Source: a virus
Lineage: Duplodnaviria > Caudoviricetes
Reading direction: 5' to 3' (one strand)
Length of the DNA stretch: 33,052 nucleotides
IMG/VR virus record: IMGVR_UViG_3300049222_000379
Location: 1 to 33,052 of that record
The translations under genes and the position numbers were made by a program. Under the pieces are notes generated by a model. It did not search any database. It was not told the origin of the DNA and saw nothing but the letters and a program-made list of their open reading frames with translations. Shown in pieces: positions 15,683 through 24,390 of the stretch. How positions within the stretch are numbered: position 1 is the first letter of the stretch; each line of letters begins with the position of its first letter.

Positions 15683-16330
15683 ATGTTAAAACTTTCAAAA
15701 GCTTCAAAGATGCCGTGTCGGTCTTGGTCACTTCAAGCGCTCGACACTTGCCCAGCTTCAAGAAATAGCGACGGATCATTGGTCGCAGCTTGTTCAGGAT
15801 GTTATGCGGTAGGCGGTAACTATCGTTTCAAGAATGTTAAAGCCCCACGCGAGCACAATCGAGAAGACTGGAAGCGTGACGAATGGGTCGCAGACATGGT
15901 CGCAGAGCTAGATAACGACCGATACTTTCGCTGGTTTGACAGCGGCGATATGTATGACATCCGATTGGCTCGAAAGATCCTAGAGGTCATGTCGCTGACG
16001 CCTTGGGTCAAGCACTGGTTACCGACACGCATGCACAAGTTTCCGAAGTTTCGAGAAGTGATCGACAACATGGAGATGTTTTCCAACGTGGTCATCCGTC
16101 GATCATCTGACAGTATCACGGGCGAGACTATCGAAGGTGCGAACACGTCAACAATATCGACACTTGACAGTGTGCCAGAAGGTGCGGCAGTCTGTGAGGC
16201 CTACACGAGATCAGGCAAGTGCGGAACGTGTCGAGCGTGTTGGGACAAAAGCGTGTCAGTTGTATGCTATATCGGACACGGTAAGACAATGGAAAAGAAT
16301 CAACGAAATATTATTGCGAGAGCGGCATGA
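15683..16330 (+). CDS. GP88-like Cys-rich protein (radical-SAM-like Fe-S motif)
   Basis: CX13CX2C-YA motif, FRWFDSGD, HWLPTR and C-terminal CX8CX2CX2C. Confidence 0.75.
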   Translation: MLKLSKASKMPCRSWSLQALDTCPASRNSDGSLVAACSGCYAVGGNYRFKNVKAPREHNREDWKRDEWVADMVAELDNDRYFRWFDSGDMYDIRLARKILEVMSLTPWVKHWLPTRMHKFPKFREVIDNMEMFSNVVIRRSSDSITGETIEGANTSTISTLDSVPEGAAVCEAYTRSGKCGTCRACWDKSVSVVCYIGHGKTMEKNQRNIIARAA

Positions 16331-16719
16331 TCGAAAAAGAATTAAAGCTTTACAGTCTATGGAATAAGCAAGAGAATCCTAGAGCAAAGGCGGCTAGTTG
16401 GTTTAGATATAGAAGGGGCATCACTCATTGTAATCCTAACCGCTATGTACTAGTAAAAATACTATTGCCCGTTTTTAAAGCGTATGCGCGTAGTTATGTG
16501 CGGCGTGTAGAAAGGGGAGATAGTTCAGAAGAGGCGCTAAACTATGCGATAGTCAACGGGAGAGGGGCGTCTAACATTACGGCGGGCAATCTTTCTGTTG
16601 AGTTGGCTAATGATATTCTTGAATATTTTGTACAGAACGGACACGTTGAAATTCTTGAAGCTAAACTGAAAGATTCACTCGCTTTGATACGCGATCAATT
16701 AGAGGACGATAAAACATGA
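16327..16719 (+). CDS. Hypothetical early protein
   Basis: 130-aa ORF with ATGA overlaps on both sides. Confidence 0.7.
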   Translation: MIEKELKLYSLWNKQENPRAKAASWFRYRRGITHCNPNRYVLVKILLPVFKAYARSYVRRVERGDSSEEALNYAIVNGRGASNITAGNLSVELANDILEYFVQNGHVEILEAKLKDSLALIRDQLEDDKT

Positions 16720-16916
16720 GTTTACAAAGAGACGTTGAGATGTATATCGAGGGATTGGAATCACCTGCTAATGCGTGGGGAGTCCATCACATAAAGGTAG
16801 GCAACATGGACGTTGAGAGTCATTCATTCCTTCACTACATGGTGAAGAGATACGGCACAGACGCGGTCGAAAATGCACTAGACGACAGACTATCGGGAGG
16901 TGAAGAAAATGAATAG
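16716..16916 (+). CDS. Hypothetical early protein
   Basis: 66 aa, GAGG SD, ATGA overlap. Confidence 0.7.
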   Translation: MSLQRDVEMYIEGLESPANAWGVHHIKVGNMDVESHSFLHYMVKRYGTDAVENALDDRLSGGEENE

Positions 16917-17238
16917 ATATACAATTACGACCATTGAAAAGGTAGAGCATACTTACACGGTAATTGCGAAGACAGAGGAGGAGGCGAGAAAACTTTTAGC
17001 CGATAATTGTTATGATCCTGAGTCATGCTTTTTAGACGAAGAGCTACAAGAAATTTGTGAGGAAGAACTTTATTACCCTTGTCAAGAAACGACAGCGTAC
17101 TACGACGCCGAGCAACTCAAGAGAGCAGAGCGCTTAGACGATCATGAAGTGGAGCCAGCTTGGGGAATCTACGACATAGACGGAGTCAGAGCAGTAATAT
17201 GTGACTGTGATGTAAGACACGCGGAGGGCGACGAATAA
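16909..17238 (+). CDS. Acidic hypothetical early protein
   Basis: GGAGGTG SD before ATG 16909. Confidence 0.7.
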   Translation: MNRYTITTIEKVEHTYTVIAKTEEEARKLLADNCYDPESCFLDEELQEICEEELYYPCQETTAYYDAEQLKRAERLDDHEVEPAWGIYDIDGVRAVICDCDVRHAEGDE

Positions 17239-17402
17239 TGATGCCCTATCCGTTTGACTGTCCATTGTGTGACGGTAGATACTGGCGAGAGGATTCCGTC
17301 ATGTATGACGAAGCATACGACGACAGCGTGTGCCACCATTGTTACGATGAGCTACAAGCAGAGAGGCGCGAGATAGCTTTTGCAGAGAAGGGAGATGTTT
17401 AG
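17238..17402 (+). CDS. Small zinc-finger protein (54 aa)
   Basis: MMPYPFDCPLCDG...VCHHCYDE with two CxxC pairs; GGAGG SD; TAATG overlap. Confidence 0.7.
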   Translation: MMPYPFDCPLCDGRYWREDSVMYDEAYDDSVCHHCYDELQAERREIAFAEKGDV

Positions 17403-17404
17403 TT

Positions 17405-17539
17405 ATGGAGTTGGGTTACTTATTGTTTTTCCTATTCACAGGCGTGATTCTTACAGCATGGCTGACGATAGACGACGAAGACTTTGACAAGAAGTTTGAC
17501 CGCTATCGCAAGTCTAGGTTTGAAGACGAGGAGATCTAA
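17405..17539 (+). CDS. Small membrane-anchored peptide (44 aa)
   Basis: MELGYLLFFLFTGVILTAWLTIDDEDFDKK...; GGAG SD. Confidence 0.6.
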   Translation: MELGYLLFFLFTGVILTAWLTIDDEDFDKKFDRYRKSRFEDEEI

Positions 17540-17541
17540 AC

Positions 17542-17658
17542 ATGTTTGAGGCATGGCAACCTTGGTGGGACTGTCTGTTATTGATAGTCCCTTACTTATT
17601 ACTTGTTTGCATGACGCAAAGGAAAGAAGACAAGCCACGAGGAGCGACACGAAGATGA
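17542..17658 (+). CDS. Small membrane peptide (38 aa)
   Basis: MFEAWQPWWDCLLLIVPYLLLVCMTQRKE...; GAGGAG SD; ATGA overlap with next gene. Confidence 0.6.
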   Translation: MFEAWQPWWDCLLLIVPYLLLVCMTQRKEDKPRGATRR

Positions 17659-17849
17659 TTAAAGGTATCGTAGTAAAACAGAAAAACGTGTATGGCGAGG
17701 ACAAAATCTATCCCGTATGCGAACACGCACAGATGCTTGCAGAGTTAGCAGGCACAAAGACATTCACGCCAAGGGCTATCAAGCTTATAAAAAATATGGG
17801 CATTGATATTCTACTGGAAGAACTTCAACCAGCACACAGGTATATCTAA
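17655..17849 (+). CDS. Conserved phage hypothetical protein
   Basis: KNVYGEDKIYPVCEHAQMLAELAGTKTF; AGGAG SD before ATG 17655. Confidence 0.7.
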   Translation: MIKGIVVKQKNVYGEDKIYPVCEHAQMLAELAGTKTFTPRAIKLIKNMGIDILLEELQPAHRYI

Positions 17850-18028
17850 TGATTGGCATCGACATACAGTATCAGATACACACACGAGATGAAGGTGATC
17901 CCTTTTGGGAAAACATCATTCAATTCACAGATCTTGGGGAGGCAAAAGCAATGCTTTACAGGCTAAAAAGTTTAGACAACGGCCTCGAATACAAAATTCA
18001 AAAGGTAATTACGGAGGACATACTTTGA
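17849..18028 (+). CDS. Hypothetical protein (59 aa)
   Basis: MIGIDIQYQIHTRDEGDPFWENII...; TAATG overlap upstream, TTGA overlap downstream. Confidence 0.6.
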   Translation: MIGIDIQYQIHTRDEGDPFWENIIQFTDLGEAKAMLYRLKSLDNGLEYKIQKVITEDIL

Positions 18029-18219
18029 AGTACATTAAGTATCACATGACACACGCAGAGATTGCACGAGAGCTAGGGGTCAGTAGGGCTACAGTCCAGC
18101 AGATCGAGAACAGTGCCTTGTGGAAGCTCAAGAAGTCTGGCAAGCTAAAAGCATTCTTAGAAGCCAAAGAAGACTATGAACCACCACGACGCAATGGAGC
18201 GTTCACGGATTTATTTTGA
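18025..18219 (+). CDS. Sigma70 region-4-like HTH protein
   Basis: MTHAEIARELGVSRATVQQIENSALWKLK; GGAGG SD before TTG 18025. Confidence 0.8.
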   Translation: MKYIKYHMTHAEIARELGVSRATVQQIENSALWKLKKSGKLKAFLEAKEDYEPPRRNGAFTDLF

Positions 18220-18229
18220 GGACATATCA

Positions 18230-18613
18230 ATGAATTACTATCAGGAAGAAGACAAGCGCAAGGCCTTAAGAAACTTGGCCGATACTGCTGAGACCTATAA
18301 GAAACTGATCGAGGACTTTGATGACTTACGATTTGACTCAGTCTTAGTAGCCCTTGACAACATTGAGGACTGCTGTAAGGACACAAAGAAAGAGGTAGAT
18401 ACGTGTGTCCATCGAGTCCTTGTGACCATGAACGTGGACGTTATTGTCGATGTGTTGGCAGCAGTAGACGAAGATGAAGACGCAATCCTTGACGCGGCAG
18501 ACGCAGAGGCGTATCATAAGCTTGCGTCGGGTGACTATCAGAACGAAGCAACCGACGACAGAAGTATCCTTACTCAAATATCAGGAGACGAATGCAATGA
18601 CACTACAGTATGA
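18230..18613 (+). CDS. Acidic hypothetical protein
   Basis: GAGGA SD before ATG 18230. Confidence 0.7.
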   Translation: MNYYQEEDKRKALRNLADTAETYKKLIEDFDDLRFDSVLVALDNIEDCCKDTKKEVDTCVHRVLVTMNVDVIVDVLAAVDEDEDAILDAADAEAYHKLASGDYQNEATDDRSILTQISGDECNDTTV

Positions 18614-18818
18614 ATACGAGTTACTAGATCACGAGTTAGTTGTAGATATAACTGTCGGTTATGAGTACGACAAAATCGAAAAGCGGGTCTACCTAAACTC
18701 AGCAAAGCTTCTGAACATCACAGAGATCATAGATCTTTTGACAGAAGAACAGAAGAACGAGATAGTTGACTACATGATAGACAACTATGCCTTCGAAGAA
18801 TCTTACCCAGAGGAGTAA
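18597..18818 (+). CDS. Acidic hypothetical protein
   Basis: AGGAG SD before ATG 18597. Confidence 0.65.
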   Translation: MTLQYEYELLDHELVVDITVGYEYDKIEKRVYLNSAKLLNITEIIDLLTEEQKNEIVDYMIDNYAFEESYPEE

Positions 18819-18822
18819 TAAA

Positions 18823-18909
18823 ATGAAAATGCTACAAGCTTATTTGATACTTGCAATTTTAGCTTCGCCAGCGTTTGCGTTGGCTTTCGTTAACTACATC
18901 ATGATCTAA
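18823..18909 (+). CDS. Small hydrophobic peptide (28 aa)
   Basis: MKMLQAYLILAILASPAFALAFVNYIMI; GAGGAG SD. Confidence 0.55.
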   Translation: MKMLQAYLILAILASPAFALAFVNYIMI

Positions 18910-18920
18910 AGGAGAAATAC

Positions 18921-19136
18921 ATGAAGACCAATAGCAGTATTCTAATTGGTTTAGCTGTGCTATTGGGGGCTGGCTGTGTGACCTCAGAACTTGAGGGAGA
19001 CTGCTTGGAGTACAAGAACATACCAATAGTAGTAACTGAATGCACAAGACCGACAGCATACGGACAAAGATATTGTGTAGATCAACTAACATCTAAACCT
19101 TTTTGTGTGAGGAGTACAGGCAATGCTGATAAATGA
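18921..19136 (+). CDS. Putative small lipoprotein
   Basis: Signal peptide MKTNSSILIGLAVLLGAG-C with an imperfect lipobox, plus four further Cys; AAGGAG SD. Confidence 0.6.
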   Translation: MKTNSSILIGLAVLLGAGCVTSELEGDCLEYKNIPIVVTECTRPTAYGQRYCVDQLTSKPFCVRSTGNADK

Positions 19137-19374
19137 AGTGTCAATCTATGAGGTCACAGGCGGAGACTATTCTGTTTACTGCCAAGGCTATACACAGGCA
19201 AGGACTGTGACCAATGACATCATGAAGAGAGATCCTTGGGGTGGTATACCCTTTGTGATTCGTAAGGATTTCGAATACACCTTAGACGATAAGGGTAACG
19301 TGGTCATGACAAAACACATGTTAGATAAGATCCTGTTCTTAGCAAGCGATGAGCTACCGGAGAGTGAATCATGA
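19123..19374 (+). CDS. Hypothetical protein
   Basis: 83 aa, GAGGAG SD. Confidence 0.7.
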   Translation: MLINEVSIYEVTGGDYSVYCQGYTQARTVTNDIMKRDPWGGIPFVIRKDFEYTLDDKGNVVMTKHMLDKILFLASDELPESES

Positions 19375-19649
19375 AACAACCAGAGAACAATCATTCGAAA
19401 CACTTTGGTAACGACGGACCCATAGGTAACGACGCTGAAATTATTGTTTACTATGAGGAACGTGGGCCAGCAGAGCCAGTGCTGCGGATACCCTTCTGGT
19501 ACTGTAAGGACGAACTAGGGTTGTATGAGCACTTTGAGGCGTCAGTACGTAGGGCAGCAAAAGCTCTTAAAGAGTCTTATACATACTGGCCTGAAGGGTA
19601 CGTCCACATACAAACAATCATAAATGATGAATATGTCAATATGATATAG
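19371..19649 (+). CDS. Hypothetical protein
   Basis: 92 aa, ATGA overlap, GGAG SD. Confidence 0.7.
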   Translation: MKQPENNHSKHFGNDGPIGNDAEIIVYYEERGPAEPVLRIPFWYCKDELGLYEHFEASVRRAAKALKESYTYWPEGYVHIQTIINDEYVNMI

Positions 19650-19658
19650 GAAAACATA

Positions 19659-19838
19659 ATGGAAAGTCTTGACAACAAGCAAGTAACAGTGGATGATCTA
19701 GTTTGGATGCACATTTTTAATAATCCTTATCCTGATTACACAGCAATTGCTAAAGGTTTAGAGGGTTTAAATTTGACTCCAACTGAGGTATTCTATATAC
19801 TTCATTCAATACGTGAAGGAGACTATACATGTCCATAG
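19659..19838 (+). CDS. Hypothetical protein (59 aa)
   Basis: MESLDNKQVTVDDLVWMHIFNNPYPDY...; AGGA SD. Confidence 0.6.
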   Translation: MESLDNKQVTVDDLVWMHIFNNPYPDYTAIAKGLEGLNLTPTEVFYILHSIREGDYTCP

Positions 19839-20119
19839 ATGATGCGAGTCCAGAACAATGGGATGCAATCAAACACCTTAACGGCTTGTCGATTAGGAAA
19901 GATCCTGATCCAGTGACTAAGCCTGATCACTACAACAAAGGGTCTATCGAAGCCATTGAAGCTATCAAAGCTTCGATGCCTGAGAATGAGTTTCGAGGCT
20001 ACCTGAAGGGCAATGCGTTTAAGTATCTGTGGCGCTACGACTACAAGGGCAAGCCGATTGAAGACCTCAGAAAATGTAAGTGGTATGTTGATAGACTTAT
20101 CCAAGAAGTAAACCAATAG
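19829..20119 (+). CDS. DUF3310 / T7 gp1.7-like nucleotide kinase
   Basis: DPVTKPDHY...IEAIEAI...GYLKGNAFKYLWRY..KG..EDLRKCKWY signature. Confidence 0.85.
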   Translation: MSIDDASPEQWDAIKHLNGLSIRKDPDPVTKPDHYNKGSIEAIEAIKASMPENEFRGYLKGNAFKYLWRYDYKGKPIEDLRKCKWYVDRLIQEVNQ

Positions 20120-20127
20120 GAGGTGCG

Positions 20128-20343
20128 ATGTGTGATGATACACTATCTGATGATGAATTGCTAGATGATGTTCTAGCGAGGGCTTTCGTGATGATGCTTG
20201 GAGTTCACATGCCATCAAAAGAAAGTTTGACATTTATGAAAGAGTGGGTTACAATGAATTCTCAGTATAATGGTATTGAAATTACTGAAGAATATATTTT
20301 AAGACAAATACCTGATTTTATTACATATTTATATAGGAGATAA
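20128..20343 (+). CDS. Hypothetical protein
   Basis: 71 aa, AGGAGGT SD. Confidence 0.7.
   Translation: MCDDTLSDDELLDDVLARAFVMMLGVHMPSKESLTFMKEWVTMNSQYNGIEITEEYILRQIPDFITYLYRR
20227..20255 (+). promoter_or_regulatory. Intragenic sigma70 promoter upstream of SSB/replication genes
   Basis: TTGACA (20227-20232) - 17 nt - TACAAT (20250-20255). Confidence 0.7.
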
Positions 20344-20347
20344 TAGA

Positions 20348-20773
20348 ATGGCAGTGATTGAAGGCAAAGCATACTGGTCTTTTGTTACTACACCTAACAC
20401 AAAGTTTACACCAGCGTACTCAGTTAATCTTGTTGTCGATGAGCCAACAGCTGATTCATTCCGTGACCGTGGTTTCACAGTCAAGGACATGGAAGAAGGG
20501 CCTGCGTTGATTATCAAGCGTAAGGTCGATGGCAAAGACGGCATGGTTCGTCAAGCGCCAAAGCTCTTTGACAAGAGCAAACGAGAGATTGATGTGAATG
20601 TTGGTAACGGTTCACACGTTAAGGTCCAATACAAGGAGTGGGACACTAAGTGGAACGGGCAAGTATTTAAGGGTTTGGATTTCCAAGCAATGCAAGTACT
20701 TGATCTTGTAGAATATAACTCACCAGATGGTTCTGAGTTTGACATCGAAGACGGAGACGGAGACGAAATTTAA
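20348..20773 (+). CDS. Single-stranded DNA-binding protein (T7 gp2.5-like)
   Basis: GKAYW...VGNGS...FQAMQVLDLVEY plus acidic C-terminal tail; upstream of primase-helicase. Confidence 0.8.
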   Translation: MAVIEGKAYWSFVTTPNTKFTPAYSVNLVVDEPTADSFRDRGFTVKDMEEGPALIIKRKVDGKDGMVRQAPKLFDKSKREIDVNVGNGSHVKVQYKEWDTKWNGQVFKGLDFQAMQVLDLVEYNSPDGSEFDIEDGDGDEI

Positions 20774-21003
20774 TGTCTAATGTTATTTATACACACAACG
20801 ATACGTCCTATGACGTAACCCTCCTGCCTGCCGAAGGACAAAAAGCTTTCCAGCTTTTGGTAGCAGCAGAACAAGACGTTCGATCTTTAGAAGATCGTGT
20901 TGTTATCGCACAAGCAGCAGCAGTTGCTCTGCACTCTAAGGTTCAAGAGTACTTGACCGAAGATGCTGTTTTCATTGAGGAAGCCGAAGTCGTAGAGGAC
21001 TAA
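20773..21003 (+). CDS. Hypothetical protein
   Basis: 76 aa, TAATG overlap with SSB. Confidence 0.7.
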   Translation: MSNVIYTHNDTSYDVTLLPAEGQKAFQLLVAAEQDVRSLEDRVVIAQAAAVALHSKVQEYLTEDAVFIEEAEVVED

Positions 21004-21004
21004 C

Positions 21005-22633
21005 ATGGCATTTAAAAAAACTCACATCCCCTGCCCTGAGTGCGGGGGATCTGATCCCGCAGCGATGAACGAAGATGGTTCCATCAAATGTTTTAGCTGC
21101 GGTGTTTTCATCCCAAGCAATAAGCTTGATAACGTCACTCCAATATCATCGAGGCAGTCTATGGACGACGGTGAATACTATGCCCTGACAGACAGAGGAA
21201 TCAGTCTGGCAACGGCTAAGAAATACGGAGTTAAATCCACAAAGAATTCAAAAGGTCAGATAGTCGAGCATGTTTACCCGTACTATTCTGGCAGCGAGCG
21301 AGCAGGATCAAAGACTCGCAAGCCTGATAAGAACTTTACATGGCAGGGTGAATCTAGGAATGTTGGTCTCTTTGGTCAACAGCTATTTCAAAGTGGTGGT
21401 AAGTACGTAACCATTGTTGAAGGTGAAGTAGATGCCATGTCAGCCTATGAACTCATGGGTTCACAGTGGCCTGTTGTTTCCATTCGCAATGGCGCACAGT
21501 CTGCTGATCGTGATGTGAAGGAGAACTTAGAGTTTTTAGAGTCCTTCGATAACATCATCATTAACTTTGACACTGATAAAGTGGGGGAAGAGGCTGCTCG
21601 AAAGGTAGCCAAACTATTGCGTCCCGGCAAAGCAAAGATCATGTCACTACCCGTCGATTACAAAGACGCTAATGACATGTTACGCGGTTCGCAACACAAA
21701 GCCTACGTCCAATACTGGTGGAACTCCAAGTTATACACACCCTCTGGAGTCTTGAACGTATCTGAGAACGTAGAAAACTACCTCACTCGCACACGAAAAG
21801 ACTCAGTGCCTTTCCCTTGGGCAGGGCTGAACGAAAAATTAGAAGGTCTTCGTGCGGGTGAATTAGTTACATTGACGGGTGGTACAGGGCTTGGAAAATC
21901 AAGTGTCACCCGTGAGCTAGAACACTGGCTCATCAAGAAGACCAAAGACAACGTGGGCGTTATGGCCCTTGAGGAAAACTGGCAGAGGACTATCGACGGT
22001 ATTCTATCCATCGAAGCCGACGCCAGACTACACCTCGACAGCGTCCGTAATCTTTTTGATCAAGACGACCTTCGCCAGATACACCATCAGATGTTTGGAG
22101 GAGAGAACAAGGATCGTGTGTGGGTGTACGGACACCTTGGCATGAACGATCTTGAAAGTGTTTTCAGTAAGCTTCGTTATATGATCATAGGCTGCGACTG
22201 TAAGTGGATAGTTCTTGATCACCTTCATATGCTCGTGTTGCTTTCCGATGATCCTGATGAGCGTAAGGCTATTGACATGATCATGCACAGGCTTCGAACT
22301 CTTGTTGAAGAGACAGGCTGTGGAATGATTCTTGTCTCTCACCTTCGACGCACACAGGGTGATCGAGGCCATGAGAATGGAATCGAAACTGCACTAAATC
22401 ACTTACGCGGCTCTCAGTCGATAGCACAATTGAGCGATTGCGTGATAAGCTTAGAGCGTAATCAGCAGGCAGACGATCCTGTGGTCGCTTCAACAACCAA
22501 GGTTCGTGTCCTTAAGTCTAGATACACAGGAGATGTTGGCCTTGCCACACACCTTCACTATGACGTAGACAGCGGACGCCTTTCTGAAATATCTGTTGAT
22601 GATCTTCAAGGCTTAGACGGAGATGAAATATGA
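21005..22633 (+). CDS. DNA primase/helicase (T7 gp4-like)
   Basis: Zn finger CPEC...CFSC, TOPRIM EGEVDAMS, Walker A GGTGLGKS, LDHLH and LRGSQSIAQLSD. Confidence 0.95.
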   Translation: MAFKKTHIPCPECGGSDPAAMNEDGSIKCFSCGVFIPSNKLDNVTPISSRQSMDDGEYYALTDRGISLATAKKYGVKSTKNSKGQIVEHVYPYYSGSERAGSKTRKPDKNFTWQGESRNVGLFGQQLFQSGGKYVTIVEGEVDAMSAYELMGSQWPVVSIRNGAQSADRDVKENLEFLESFDNIIINFDTDKVGEEAARKVAKLLRPGKAKIMSLPVDYKDANDMLRGSQHKAYVQYWWNSKLYTPSGVLNVSENVENYLTRTRKDSVPFPWAGLNEKLEGLRAGELVTLTGGTGLGKSSVTRELEHWLIKKTKDNVGVMALEENWQRTIDGILSIEADARLHLDSVRNLFDQDDLRQIHHQMFGGENKDRVWVYGHLGMNDLESVFSKLRYMIIGCDCKWIVLDHLHMLVLLSDDPDERKAIDMIMHRLRTLVEETGCGMILVSHLRRTQGDRGHENGIETALNHLRGSQSIAQLSDCVISLERNQQADDPVVASTTKVRVLKSRYTGDVGLATHLHYDVDSGRLSEISVDDLQGLDGDEI

Positions 22634-24390
22634 CAAGCTATGTTTTTGATATCGAAGCCAACGGACTAGATCCTACTGAGGTCTTTTGTATTGTTGCAAT
22701 GGACACAGTAACTAAAAAGTTCTATGAGTTTGGACCAGACCAACTAGCTGAAGGAGTCAAGCTGCTCGAAGAGTCTAAAGAACTTATCGGCCACAACATC
22801 CTTGGGTACGATATACCTGTAGTCAAGAAACTTCTTGGCTCTAATCTCGATGATGGTAGTCGGTTCATTGTAGATACTCTTGTGTTGTCTCGACTGTTTA
22901 ACCCAACACGAGAAGGTGGTCACGGCCTCGAAGGATGGGGCTATCGACTACGACACAAGAAGATCGAGTTCGAAGATTTTGAAAGCTTTTCGCCGGAGAT
23001 GATGGCATATTGCAGACAAGATGTGTCACTAAACCACAAGGTCTATCAGCATCTTGCGCGTGTCGAGGCAGCAGGATTTAGTAAGGATGCTGTTGCTTTA
23101 GAGCATTCTGTGTATCGAGTCATGCAGGCACAGCGAGATCGTGGATTCTTGTTAGATGAAAAACACGCCATGAGCTTACTGGCTGAACTGAATGAAAACA
23201 TATCACAGGCTGAGAAGCTTGTACACAAAACTTTCAGGCCACGAGAAACACAGCTGACTCTTGTCCCTCTCATGACAAAGGCTGGTAAGGTTTCTAAGAT
23301 GGCACAATTAAAAGGCGAAACCAAGAAGGTCAGGCTGTCAGATGAGGAGTACGAAAAGGCGAGCGCGAATCCGAACGAGCATCTTGTTCGTTGTGATTCT
23401 GAACCTTTTAACCTTGGCTCTAGGAAACAAATTGGAGAATATCTCGTGGACTTTGGTTGGAAGCCTACAAAATTTACGCCTACGGGACAGCCAATTGTTG
23501 ATGAAAAAGTCCTGTCAAAGATAAAGGACATCCCTGAAGCTGCAGTTATTGCTAAGTATCTTATGCTTCAAAAGCGTATTGCTCAGATAACTTCATGGTT
23601 TAAGGTGGTAGAAGATGACGGACGAGTACGTGGATTTGTTAACACTAACGGCGCAGTGACTGGACGTATGACACACAGTCATCCGAACATGGCGCAGGTT
23701 CCTAGCACTGGCAGTCCTTATGGAAAAGAATGCCGACAGTGTTGGACGGTGATGGACGGGTATAAACTTGTAGGTATAGATGCCAGTGGCTTGGAACTAA
23801 GGATGCTGGCACACTATATGAACGATGAAGGATTTACTTATGAGCTTCTCAACGGAGACATACACACAGCAAATCAAATGGCTGCGGGACTTGAATCAAG
23901 AAATCAGGCAAAAACTTTCATCTATGCACTCTTGTACGGAGCAGGAGATGCGAAGCTTGGAACGGTGGTCGGAGGAAACGCAGACGATGGTGGACGACTT
24001 AGACAATCTTTCTTCGATAATCTCCCTGCATTTAAAGTTCTTAAAGACAGAGTTGCAAGAGCGGCAAAGCGTGGCTACCTCAAGGGGCTAGACGGACGCA
24101 AGTTGTTTGTGAGATCTGAACACGCCGCACTCAACACACTGCTTCAAGGAGCAGGCGCAATAGTTATGAAGAAAGCGCTTGTGTTGTTGAATGACAAGAT
24201 GTCTGGCATGGACGCACACTTCGTAGCTAATGTACATGACGAATGGCAGATCGAAGCACTCGAAGATGTCTCTCAGCGTGTAGGAGAGATGGGTGTCGAG
24301 GCTATTAAACAAGCAGGACTAGAGTTTAATTTACGTTGTGGGTTGACAGGAGAATACAATGTCGGAAATAACTGGGCTGACACGCACTAA
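22630..24390 (+). CDS. DNA polymerase family A with 3'-5' exonuclease (T7 gp5-like, Tyr at the 762-equivalent position)
   Basis: Exo I DIEANGL, motif A DASGLELR, motif B RNQAKTFIYALLYG, motif C VHDEWQ. Confidence 0.95.
   Translation: MTSYVFDIEANGLDPTEVFCIVAMDTVTKKFYEFGPDQLAEGVKLLEESKELIGHNILGYDIPVVKKLLGSNLDDGSRFIVDTLVLSRLFNPTREGGHGLEGWGYRLRHKKIEFEDFESFSPEMMAYCRQDVSLNHKVYQHLARVEAAGFSKDAVALEHSVYRVMQAQRDRGFLLDEKHAMSLLAELNENISQAEKLVHKTFRPRETQLTLVPLMTKAGKVSKMAQLKGETKKVRLSDEEYEKASANPNEHLVRCDSEPFNLGSRKQIGEYLVDFGWKPTKFTPTGQPIVDEKVLSKIKDIPEAAVIAKYLMLQKRIAQITSWFKVVEDDGRVRGFVNTNGAVTGRMTHSHPNMAQVPSTGSPYGKECRQCWTVMDGYKLVGIDASGLELRMLAHYMNDEGFTYELLNGDIHTANQMAAGLESRNQAKTFIYALLYGAGDAKLGTVVGGNADDGGRLRQSFFDNLPAFKVLKDRVARAAKRGYLKGLDGRKLFVRSEHAALNTLLQGAGAIVMKKALVLLNDKMSGMDAHFVANVHDEWQIEALEDVSQRVGEMGVEAIKQAGLEFNLRCGLTGEYNVGNNWADTH

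Noticed and set aside
19665-19697. Further promoter with AGTCTTGACA
   Set aside because: The -10 at 17 nt is GATGAT, a poor match; possible but unsupported.
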